Shown here piece after piece: positions 35,227-42,095 of a stretch of DNA of 64,000 bases (the first letter of the stretch is position 1; each line of letters begins with the position of its first letter). A model generated the notes under the pieces. That model worked only from the letters and a program-made list of their open reading frames with translations. It ran no database searches and was not told the DNA's origin. Both the position numbers and the translations under genes were made by a program. The stretch comes from a bacterium (GTDB lineage Bacteria; Patescibacteriota; Patescibacteriia; Patescibacteriales; GWC2-42-12), in contig JAUSGE010000020.1 in assembly GCA_030649205.1 (NCBI GenBank), positions 850 through 64,849 of the forward strand, read 5' to 3'.

Positions 35227-35823
35227 CTACGTCCCCACGATCAGCCTGAACATAAAACTGATAATCGGCGCGATCAAGGAAAAGCCGAACAGCGCGAACA
35301 GCAAAACCAATGTAAATCCGTAATGTTCCAAGCTCAATAATTTAATTTGCAGATTATACGGCAAAAACGGCAGTAAAACTTTTGAGCCGTCCAAAGGCGG
35401 AATAGGCAGCAGATTAAAAATCATTAGCACTAAATTTGTTCGCACAATCGCAATTAAAAAACTGACCATAACAATATTCAGCCCCGGAATAAACCTTAAA
35501 ATTAAGCCAAAGAAGATTGCGGTTATTAAATTAGCCAAAGGCCCGGCCGCGGCTACTTTAGCGATGCCGTATTTCTGATCGCGCAGATTATGGGGGTTAA
35601 ACGGCACGGGCTTGGCATAGCCGAAAGGAAACCCGGCGGTAATAAATATCAGAGCCGGCATTATAATTGAGCCCCAAATATCCAAATGAGCGGCCGGGTT
35701 TAATGTCAGCCGGCCGGCATCTTTAGCCGTTGGATCTCCTAGCTGATCCGCCATCCAGCCATGCATGTATTCGTGAATCACTACGGAAAACAATAGGATA
35801 ATTATATAAAATATCATGTCCAT
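35227..35823 (-). CDS. Site-2 protease family (M50) membrane zinc metalloprotease
   Basis: HEYMHG (HExxH) in the first helix and NLLPIPPLDGS later. Polytopic membrane protein. Confidence 0.8.
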   Translation of the reverse strand: MDMIFYIIILLFSVVIHEYMHGWMADQLGDPTAKDAGRLTLNPAAHLDIWGSIIMPALIFITAGFPFGYAKPVPFNPHNLRDQKYGIAKVAAAGPLANLITAIFFGLILRFIPGLNIVMVSFLIAIVRTNLVLMIFNLLPIPPLDGSKVLLPFLPYNLQIKLLSLEHYGFTLVLLFALFGFSLIAPIISFMFRLIVGT

Positions 35824-35902
35824 ACTATGACTTTACCACAGCTTGCCTTTTAAATCAAAAACTGGTAAGATAGATTACATAAATAATAATTTCATATTTT
35901 TT

Positions 35903-36079
35903 ATGGCGACAAAATGCGACCTTTGCGGACGAGGTTCAAGCAAAGACGCTTCCCGCTCCCATTCCAATATAAAAACTATCAGGCGGCAATATCTTAACCT
36001 TCAGGCTAAAAAAATCAACGGCCAGTCGCGCCATGTTTGCGCTAAATGCATTAAAACTCTGGCGAAAAAGAAGAAATAA
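35903..36079 (+). CDS. rpmB: 50S ribosomal protein L28 (58 aa; the track ORF starts 60 nt too early)
   Basis: MATKCDLCGRGSSKDASRSHSNIKTIRRQYLNLQ matches the L28 pattern (C..CGK...G...SHSN.KT.R...PNLQ). Confidence 0.85.
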   Translation: MATKCDLCGRGSSKDASRSHSNIKTIRRQYLNLQAKKINGQSRHVCAKCIKTLAKKKK

Positions 36080-36094
36080 ATTGTTTCTCATTAA

Positions 36095-36135
36095 GACGCT
36101 CGGTGTCCCGTGGACACCGAGCGTCTTTTTGCTTT
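36095..36135 (+). terminator. Family 4 hairpin acting as the rpmB terminator
   Basis: gacgctcggtgtcc-cgt-ggacaccgagcgtc followed by TTTTTGCTTT. Confidence 0.75.
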
Positions 36136-36370
36136 ACAGCAAATCTTTTTTCATGGCTTCATATTGCTCTTTGCTGATTTCGCCTTTGGCATAGCGCTCT
36201 TTCAAAATATCTAAAGCGGTTTTTCCGCCATGGCGCGTTTGCTCAACTAGCCAGCGCGCGAACAAAATAATCGCGGCGATCACCAGCAACCACCAGAATA
36301 TCATGAAAATCATGCCTATGCCGCCGCCCCAGAAGCCCATCATGGGATAACCCCAATAATTTCCCCACAT
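36134..36370 (-). CDS. SHOCT-domain small membrane protein
   Basis: Two N-terminal hydrophobic helices and a C-terminal LKERYAKGEISKEQYEAMKKDLL (SHOCT pattern). Confidence 0.75.
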   Translation of the reverse strand: MWGNYWGYPMMGFWGGGIGMIFMIFWWLLVIAAIILFARWLVEQTRHGGKTALDILKERYAKGEISKEQYEAMKKDLL

Positions 36371-36652
36371 AAAATACGGATTAATTGTAATGATAACAAT
36401 TATAAAACAGCCGTATTAAAAAATCATTAACCGTGGGTTATCTGAACCTTAAGCTGGAAATCTTTTTGCCTTGATTTTTACGATGCTTTTTTTGAGCTAC
36501 TTTTTTCTTTTTATACATAGATTGGTCAAATTTATTAAACATAGGACGAACCTTTTTTATAAAAAAGGTTCAAAATTAAAAAAGCAATTCCCGCCCCAAA
36601 ATTCGAGCCAAGATTATTTTTCGTGCCAATTCATTGGCGCGCCGCTTTTGTA

Positions 36653-37540
36653 TTATTTTTTGTCGCCGTCAACGCCAATTTTCCAAACACCTTTTTCCAA
36701 AAAAGCTTCAATGGTTTGCCGATTGGCTTTATTTATAAGATTTGAATGTGAAAGTTTATTTTTCTTGCCATAGTCAGCCAGAGTAATAATTTTTTTGTTC
36801 TCCAAATAAGCCAACCGTTTATAATAACTGTTGGTAAGCGCCTTCCCCACTATTTCTTCCATAATAGCAGTTAAGCCTTTTTTATCGAATTCATTGAAAG
36901 CTTCATAATATTTTTTTCTGTCAATAAATTTAATGTTCATCGGCACAAAGCCCTCTCGGATCAATATATAATTATTGATAACGCGCCCAATGCGGCCATT
37001 GCCATCGCAAAATGGATGAGTATATTCAAAAGTGAGATGCAATTTTGCTATGCGCTTGATGATATTTTCATGGCTGGCGGCGTTATACTCGGCTAACATT
37101 TTTTCAAGACGACCCACCACCTCTTTTGGATTAGGGGCGATATGGCTGCCGACGCGGACGAATTCGTTGTCCTTTCTAAACCGCCCGGCGATATCATCGC
37201 GGATATTTGAAATCAACATACTGTGAAGCGATAAAATCACGGGAAGCGTAAGCTCTTGTTCCTTGGCTCTTTTATCTATATAAGATACAACTCGTGCTAA
37301 ATTTTTAGCTTCAAAAATTTCTCGTTCGGTAATATATCTGTCCAAATCAATTTGCAAAAGTATTTTTTCTGTTTCTTCAAGCGTAAGCGTGCTATTTTCA
37401 ATAGCGTTTGAATTATATACTTGCTCGGCAACTTCAGTTTCAGCGATCAGCGAAATAAGCGCCTCCTTGCCAATAGACGCTTTATAGTATCGCTCGCGAA
37501 GAAAATTTATTTTGTTGTAAACATTAAGTATTTTTGCCAT
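36653..37540 (-). CDS. Fic/DOC family protein (putative AMPylase)
   Basis: Canonical Fic motif HPFCDGNGRIGR. Confidence 0.9.
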   Translation of the reverse strand: MAKILNVYNKINFLRERYYKASIGKEALISLIAETEVAEQVYNSNAIENSTLTLEETEKILLQIDLDRYITEREIFEAKNLARVVSYIDKRAKEQELTLPVILSLHSMLISNIRDDIAGRFRKDNEFVRVGSHIAPNPKEVVGRLEKMLAEYNAASHENIIKRIAKLHLTFEYTHPFCDGNGRIGRVINNYILIREGFVPMNIKFIDRKKYYEAFNEFDKKGLTAIMEEIVGKALTNSYYKRLAYLENKKIITLADYGKKNKLSHSNLINKANRQTIEAFLEKGVWKIGVDGDKK

Positions 37541-37674
37541 ATATTACCATTATACTATTTTTCACGATTTTGTCAACATAACCGTGAAAAGTTGTATAAA
37601 AACATATATTTTAACGATTTTGATTGCGAATCACCAAATATCCTCACTTGTTTCTGCTAATTTACTGCTAATAT

Positions 37675-37752
37675 TCATATAATTAGCAATAAACTTCCTT
37701 CAACAATTTTTATCTCGCCTTCGGTGAAGTCGTAGAGCTTATAAACCATCAT
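37675..37752 (-). pseudogene. Possible remnant of the C-terminal tail of a restriction-modification enzyme
   Basis: The minus strand reads MMVYKLYDFTEGEIKIVEGSLLLII*. VYKLYDFTEGEIKIVE resembles the common (L)VY.LYGLTEEEI.IVE tail of type II/IIG R-M proteins. There is no upstream open frame. Confidence 0.3.
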
Positions 37753-37943
37753 GCCAAACCCGCCGTTTGCTAAATAGAGAGGTGGTTTGGGAGTGGCGGG
37801 AGGAGTGGCCCCGCAAACTTGCTTCGCAAGTACGGGGTAAAAAAATTTTGGCTGATTTTAATGCTGAATTTAAAAACTTTTTTTTAATTCGTGCGTCCGC
37901 CCTTGAGGCGGACGCATTCCGTGAACAGGAATGTTCGTTCATG

Positions 37944-38014
37944 TCGGGGTGCGGGGAATTGAACCCCGGCTACATGCACCCCATGCATGCGTACTACCGT
38001 TATACTACACCCCG
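37944..38014 (-). tRNA. trnP: tRNA-Pro (anticodon GGG)
   Basis: The minus strand reads CGGGGTGTAGTATAACGGTAGTACGCATGCATGGGGTGCATGTAGCCGGGGTTCAATTCCCCGCACCCCGA, with anticodon loop ATGGGGT. Confidence 0.88.
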
Positions 38015-38195
38015 TTATTTCTAATTATATTACATTATCAAATTTTGACAACTAAAAAAGCTTCACCAATTACCCCGCGGTGCGGGGAGCAACTGAACAA
38101 GAATTGGCTTAGTCCAATGGATTCTGCCGTATAAGCAGATTATTACCAGCCAAAATTCACGGTTTGCACTGTAAATTAGCGCTAATAATAAATTT

Positions 38196-38373
38196 GGAGA
38201 TGGCTACAAAACTGTTTCGTCGCGAAATTTATGGCTTTTTGGTTTAGGCGAGGAAAGCCAGCGACAGGATTTGAGCCGTAATAACATTACGGTGAAAATC
38301 ATTTCGCGCCCGCCTGACAAAGCCTAAAGCAAAAAGAACAAATTACAGCAGAAACAATTTTGTAGCCGTCTCT
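38196..38373 (+). ncRNA. Candidate structured RNA (unclassified)
   Basis: A 23-bp closing helix, 38196..38218 with 38351..38373 (2 G-U pairs and 1 mismatch on the plus strand). Internal hairpins are 38232-38/38254-60 and 38276-82/38286-92. An alternative 14/15 pairing is 38235-49 with 38322-36. Confidence 0.4.
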
Positions 38374-38533
38374 ATAACCTTGCTCCTCTTTGCCTCGCCA
38401 CGGCGGGGCAAAATATGGATAGCCAATTAAGACAGTTTAATCCAAAACTTGTATCAGCCTTGATGAAGCTATTTTAAGCGATAAAACCTATTATCACCTT
38501 ATTATCTTATCACACCAAATATTAAGAATCAAT

Positions 38534-38583
38534 GAAAAGAAAAAGAGCCGTGCCGCTGTTTGGTTAGAACAGCTGGCACGGCT
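38534..38583 (-). terminator. Rho-independent terminator of the DAHP synthase gene
   Basis: The minus strand reads agccgtgccagctgtt-ctaacca-aacagcggcacggct followed by CTTTTTCTTTTC. Confidence 0.8.
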
Positions 38584-38592
38584 ATCAAGATT

Positions 38593-39633
38593 TTATTCCC
38601 TCCCGACTATTGGAGCAATCGCCCGCACTTTATTCATCAGAGTCGCGAACTGCCCATGATTTAATGATTGAAGACCGTCGCACAGAGCATTGTCAGGATC
38701 ACGATGCACTTCCACCATTAATCCATCGGCCCCGGCGCAAAGAGCGGCCAAGGACATAGGCTCAATCATATCTATACGGCCGCAGGCATGAGAAGGATCA
38801 AATAGAAGTGGTAAATGACTTCTATTTTTTATCAGCGGGATATCGCCAATATCAATGAGGTTCCGGCTCAACCCGCCGCCAGCGAACAACTTACCGCCGA
38901 CTCCTCTTAGGCAAAGGATAACACGGTTATTGCCCCCGGCCAGAATATACTCGGCCGCGCCAAGAAATTCATCTATCGTGGCCGCCAAACCTCTTTTCAG
39001 AATCACCGGCTTATTTATTTTGCCCAGTTCCTTTAAGAGGTCAAAATTCTGCATATTGCGCGCGCCAACTTGCAGAATGTCAGCATATTCAGCGACCAAA
39101 TCAACCTTCTCCGGACTCATAACTTCCGTGGCAAAAGGCAGTCCGGTTATTTTCCTGGCTTTGGCCAGGAGTTTCAATCCTTCTTCACCCAGACCTTGAA
39201 AATCATAAGGCGAAGTCCTGGGCTTAAATGCCCCGCCGCGCAAGATGTCCGCTCCGTCATTTTTAACCGATTCGGCGGTACATAAAATTTGCGCTTCACT
39301 CTCGACGGAGCAAGGACCGGCGATTACCACAATTTTTTTCCCGCCAACTTCTCCACTGCCGTTGACCCGCACAGCCAGATTGTCCGGATGATATTTTCGC
39401 GAGCTTAAACGCATCGGCGAGTCCACAACCATCACCCCTTCAACTTCCGGCAGATTTTCTAGGCGGCTCTTAAGACTATTCTTTTTGTATAGCGACAGCT
39501 TGCCGATGCAATTCAAAACCGTATTAATATCGCCGCGAACAGGTGTAACCCGTTCAAATCCCGCCTTAAGTGCTATTTGAGTTATTCCCATTTCTTCACC
39601 ATCCGTTAAACCAGGTTTCAATACAATAATCAC
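38593..39633 (-). CDS. aroF: 3-deoxy-7-phosphoheptulonate (DAHP) synthase, type I-beta with an N-terminal regulatory domain
   Basis: GPCSVESEAQ, KPRTSPYDFQG and DPSH motifs, with an approximately 90-aa N-terminal ferredoxin-like extension. Confidence 0.85.
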   Translation of the reverse strand: MIIVLKPGLTDGEEMGITQIALKAGFERVTPVRGDINTVLNCIGKLSLYKKNSLKSRLENLPEVEGVMVVDSPMRLSSRKYHPDNLAVRVNGSGEVGGKKIVVIAGPCSVESEAQILCTAESVKNDGADILRGGAFKPRTSPYDFQGLGEEGLKLLAKARKITGLPFATEVMSPEKVDLVAEYADILQVGARNMQNFDLLKELGKINKPVILKRGLAATIDEFLGAAEYILAGGNNRVILCLRGVGGKLFAGGGLSRNLIDIGDIPLIKNRSHLPLLFDPSHACGRIDMIEPMSLAALCAGADGLMVEVHRDPDNALCDGLQSLNHGQFATLMNKVRAIAPIVGRE

Positions 39634-39660
39634 CTTTTCTCTCCTTTTTTAAATTTTTCC

Positions 39661-39876
39661 CTACGATCTATACAGACCCAGGGCTTCAATTTCCGATACG
39701 CTTTTAACCTTGGCCAGCGACTCGCGCGGGCCGAATAGTACTACTTGCCCTCTCTTAATATAAAAAGTGAATCTCAAAGGCACCGGGTCGCCAACCATTC
39801 TCAATGCACCCTCATCAACATTGTAAAGGCATTGAAAATAACGCTCTGTTTTTTGTTTGGTTTCAGATGTCTCCAA
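39661..39876 (-). CDS. Hypothetical small protein (71 aa, TTG start) immediately upstream of aroF
   Basis: AAGGAGGGAGGAG Shine-Dalgarno 3 nt before the TTG. A 27-nt gap separates it from aroF. Confidence 0.45.
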   Translation of the reverse strand: METSETKQKTERYFQCLYNVDEGALRMVGDPVPLRFTFYIKRGQVVLFGPRESLAKVKSVSEIEALGLYRS

Positions 39877-39908
39877 ATTCTCCTCCCTCCTTGTTATTAA
39901 TTTGTTAC

Positions 39909-39935
39909 GTCATTGCCGCGAAGGCGGCAATCCAG
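39909..39935. repeat. Family 1 variant palindromic repeat (gtcattgccgcgaaggcggcaatccag)
   Basis: Same ends and hairpin geometry as the other family 1 copies, with compensatory stem changes. Confidence 0.8.
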
Positions 39936-39974
39936 AAAGAATTGCCTGCTTCGCGGTAATGGCTGTTTTTAAGG

Positions 39975-40017
39975 TACAAAATATAATAAAACCGGCTCCC
40001 CTTGCGGAGAGCCGGTT
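39975..40017 (-). terminator. Rho-independent terminator (minus strand) ending the small transcription unit from 40181
   Basis: The minus strand reads aaccggctctccgcaaggggagccggtt followed by TTTATTATATTTT. Confidence 0.75.
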
Positions 40018-40043
40018 CTTTTCCCTAGTGAGTTTTAACTTTA

Positions 40044-40142
40044 TCAATAAGTCAAAACACCACAAAAAACCGGTCTCCGCGCGGAAAACCAATAAAAGCT
40101 AAAAAAGCTGAATAAAACAGTTTTTTGTATTGTCTTAATCAT
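40044..40142 (-). CDS. Possible 32-aa hydrophobic peptide (or a non-coding sRNA) behind a near-consensus promoter
   Basis: MIKTIQKTVLFSFFSFYWFSARRPVFCGVLTY. The ATG is 11 nt after the -10 box and has no SD. An internal hairpin plus U-run lies at 40063..40090. Confidence 0.3.
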   Translation of the reverse strand: MIKTIQKTVLFSFFSFYWFSARRPVFCGVLTY

Positions 40143-40153
40143 ACCTGTGGATA

Positions 40154-40181
40154 ATTATAGCAAACCCGTAAAAAAAATCAA
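40154..40181 (-). promoter_or_regulatory. Sigma-70-like promoter TTGATT-N16-TATAAT (minus strand)
   Basis: The minus strand reads ttgatt ttttttacgggtttgc tataat. Confidence 0.55.
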
Positions 40182-40240
40182 GAGGAACGTTTTTTTACGC
40201 ATTTATTTTACGCAATTGACACATTAGCCTGAATTCTTAG

Positions 40241-40272
40241 CAAAATTAAAAGGCGGCTCCAGGAGAACCGCC
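40241..40272 (-). terminator. Rho-independent terminator of the 62-aa ORF
   Basis: The minus strand reads ggcggttctcctggagccgcc followed by TTTTAATTTTG. Confidence 0.7.
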
Positions 40273-40284
40273 ATAGCGCGAAAA

Positions 40285-40473
40285 TTATGCCGGCTGGTTT
40301 GAACCGTCTTCATCAGCCAGCTTCTCTAATTCATCACAAGCTTTTGGCGTTATCCCCTCTTTAAAGGAGATATCGCCGCTTCTCAACAGTTCTGAAAATA
40401 TTTGCGGCTTTCTAATAGAAAACCAAATCAATACCTCCAAGCCGATCAGATATTTCTCGTCAGACTTTGCCAT
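40285..40473 (-). CDS. Hypothetical small protein, 62 aa
   Basis: AAAAGGAGGG SD 6 nt before the ATG. It has its own terminator and is preceded by a terminator/antiterminator leader. Confidence 0.6.
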   Translation of the reverse strand: MAKSDEKYLIGLEVLIWFSIRKPQIFSELLRSGDISFKEGITPKACDELEKLADEDGSNQPA

Positions 40474-40493
40474 GATGCCCTCCTTTTAATGTA

Positions 40494-40567
40494 CAAAATT
40501 TAAAAACCGTCTTGCTTTGAAGACGGTTCTGGTTAGATTATTTTATATTTATTCTTGTCTTCAAAGC
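40494..40567 (-). promoter_or_regulatory. Leader with mutually exclusive terminator and antiterminator pairings
   Basis: Terminator AACCGUCUU-CAAAGC-AAGACGGUU plus UUUUAAAUUUU (40494..40528). The upstream GCUUUGAAGAC (40557..40567) is perfectly complementary to GUCUUCAAAGC, which forms the terminator 5' arm and loop. Confidence 0.5.
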
Positions 40568-40860
40568 AAAAAATGGCCAAGAGCAATGGCCTTAATAATC
40601 GTAATAATTTTTTTGCCTTGAACTAAAAACATATGTAAATAATTATTTGGTAAATCTTGTAAGTTTTTATTTTGTCATCTTGACCGGAACTTTATAACAT
40701 TTTACAATATTTTGTAAATTTCGTTTTCCGTCCGAGATGACAAAATGAAAGATAGGTGAGGGGGAAAGAAAAATGTGTTGTGGCATTTTTCTTTCCCCCC
40801 GGCAGAATAACTTTAGGATGTTTGCCTAAGTTATTCTATAATTTCATGGCTTTTTGCGAT

Positions 40861-41061
40861 TTACATTAGTTGACTCGCGAAAAGACGGCGCTCCGCTCTC
40901 TCTCGGCGCTGTTGAATTTTCAAAAAATGAGCGTTGTCATCAAGGTCGACAAGGCCCGCCCCGCAGTCAGGACACCGCCCTTTCCTTGTATGTTTTCTTT
41001 TAGTGACGGGGCGGCCACACTCCGTCCCGTTGCGGCAAACCTTGTATGGCAACGATCCCAT
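40861..41061 (-). CDS. Hypothetical zinc-ribbon small protein, 66 aa
   Basis: CRNGTECGRP...CPDCGAGL four-Cys pattern and a basic tail. AAAGGAG lies 10 nt upstream. It overlaps the preceding ORF by 62 nt. Confidence 0.5.
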   Translation of the reverse strand: MGSLPYKVCRNGTECGRPVTKRKHTRKGRCPDCGAGLVDLDDNAHFLKIQQRRERAERRLFASQLM

Positions 41062-41236
41062 TTCTTTCTAACTCCTTTGAAGTTGTTTCCTTCTTGATTA
41101 GGCTGTAAATTTCTTCAGCTTCTATGCCCGTGATCCGCCTTTTTTTGCCGTTTGTTTGCTTAACGCAAACAATTACGGCGCAACAACCAAATTTTAAAGA
41201 AACAACCTCTTCTCCGGAATCAAGCACAAATTCCAT
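41000..41236 (-). CDS. Hypothetical small protein, 78 aa
   Basis: AAAGGAGGT SD 5 nt before the ATG. It overlaps the upstream ORF by 17 nt. Confidence 0.55.
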   Translation of the reverse strand: MEFVLDSGEEVVSLKFGCCAVIVCVKQTNGKKRRITGIEAEEIYSLIKKETTSKELERNGIVAIQGLPQRDGVWPPRH

Positions 41237-41489
41237 TTATACCTCCTTTTATCATGAAAAAATCCGCCATCTCTTGTTTTGTCTGGCAGTCCTTGACTAA
41301 CTCTCTAGTCCAGGACAGCATAGTAAAAACATGCTTCCAGTTTTCTGGCAACTTTACAAGTTGCTCCGTGCCATTAACTTTTGTTTGTACCTCTCCTTCG
41401 CCTACCGGTAACGAAGCAAATCGCGCGCGCATAATCGCACAACCGTCTGAACTGCCGTTAGGTTCGATGAAATAAAACAACTTCATCAT
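41220..41489 (-). CDS. Hypothetical small protein, 89 aa (start at MMKLFYF; the track ORF extends into repeat 41542..41680)
   Basis: AGGAGGG SD about 9 nt upstream of ATGATG. The N-terminal 39 aa of the track ORF are repeat-encoded. Confidence 0.55.
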   Translation of the reverse strand: MMKLFYFIEPNGSSDGCAIMRARFASLPVGEGEVQTKVNGTEQLVKLPENWKHVFTMLSWTRELVKDCQTKQEMADFFMIKGGINGICA

Positions 41490-41541
41490 CTTTTTACATC
41501 CCTCCTTTCTTGAGATTCTTTTAAATTTTTTAAGTTGCTTT

Positions 41542-41680
41542 CCGGAACGAAAAAGTTTGTTTTGAGCGCATACGAAATTGTAGTAATTTTTTTTAAAATT
41601 ATTCAAGTCTTCTTGTTTGAATAATTTTAAAAAAAATACACAAATTTCGTCTAAGTGAAAAACAAGCTTTTTCGTTCCGG
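41542..41680. repeat. Long foldback element, family 9, copy 2
   Basis: Outer stem ccggaacgaaaaag/ctttttcgttccgg. The core gagcgcatacgaaattgtagtaatttt...aaaattattcaagtctt...ttgaataatttt...acacaaatttcgtctaag is near-identical to 51956..52097. Confidence 0.9.
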
Positions 41681-41768
41681 CCTAATTTTAAAGATCATAT
41701 TTACACTTAAAAACCACCCTCGCTATTTGGGTGGCTTTATATTTTTATCTAAAATTTTTCTTTTCTCT

Positions 41769-41873
41769 TTAACTTTCAGCCACCCTAAATCGCATCGGCA
41801 TTACAATAATGCCGACCAACAAAATAAATACGTATTTAACAGTCGCGGTAAATTTTCGGATGGCTTGTTTCAT
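41769..41873 (-). CDS. Possible 34-aa hydrophobic peptide
   Basis: MKQAIRKFTATVKYVFILLVGIIVMPMRFRVAES. TTGACA-N17-TAAGCT lies upstream, there is no SD, and a bidirectional hairpin terminator follows at about 41715..41745. Confidence 0.3.
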   Translation of the reverse strand: MKQAIRKFTATVKYVFILLVGIIVMPMRFRVAES

Positions 41874-41940
41874 ATCTATATAATAGCTTAAATAATTTTG
41901 CTTAAGTTGTCAAGCTGATTTATCCACATATCAAGACTAT

Positions 41941-42069
41941 AGGATTAATTCCTGAATTTACCAACAAACATATGATTTTTAGCCGAAAGGCAAAAATCAT
42001 CCTGGATGCGAGTAAGTTCAGGAGTTAATCCATTCCGCATATTTTAACTCCGGCTAAAGCCGGGCAGAA
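41941..42069. repeat. Foldback element, family 7, short copy, with a terminal REP-like unit
   Basis: ggattaattcctgaattt...ttcaggagttaatcc, then attccgcatattttaactccggctaaagccgggcagaaaa. Homologous to 16449..16665. Confidence 0.9.
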
Positions 42070-42095
42070 AATAATAAAAAATAATTCATCCAATC

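Noticed and set aside
36470-36574. Lys-rich 34-aa minus-strand ORF (MFNKFDQSMYKKKKVAQKKHRKNQGKKISSLRFR) downstream of the Fic gene.
   Set aside because: It sits after a bidirectional hairpin (gaaccttttttataaaaaaggttc) with no promoter or SD seen. It does not match L34/L36-type ribosomal peptides. Probably a chance ORF in AT-rich DNA.
37739-37942. Track ORF 37739..37942 (-), and the plus-strand ORFs 37767..38024 and 37931..38134.
   Set aside because: They overlap tRNA-Pro or hairpin-rich non-coding DNA, are low complexity and Arg/Ser-rich, and have no SD.
38196-38373. RNase P RNA, tmRNA, SRP RNA or 6S RNA identity for the structured region.
   Set aside because: GAGGAAAGCC superficially recalls the RNase P CR-I (GAGGAAAGUCC), but the matching P4 3' strand (..CCGGCUUA) and the size are missing. 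There is no tRNA-like 3' domain for tmRNA. There is no GGAA/AGCA domain IV motif for SRP. 6S could not be confirmed. The call is left as an unclassified candidate.
41655-41891. Plus-strand ORF 41655..41891, and ORFs 60322..60651 (+), 36471..36773 (+) and 39857..40102 (+).
   Set aside because: They start in or run through repeat elements or terminators, are rich in low-complexity Leu/Phe/Ser, and have no SD.
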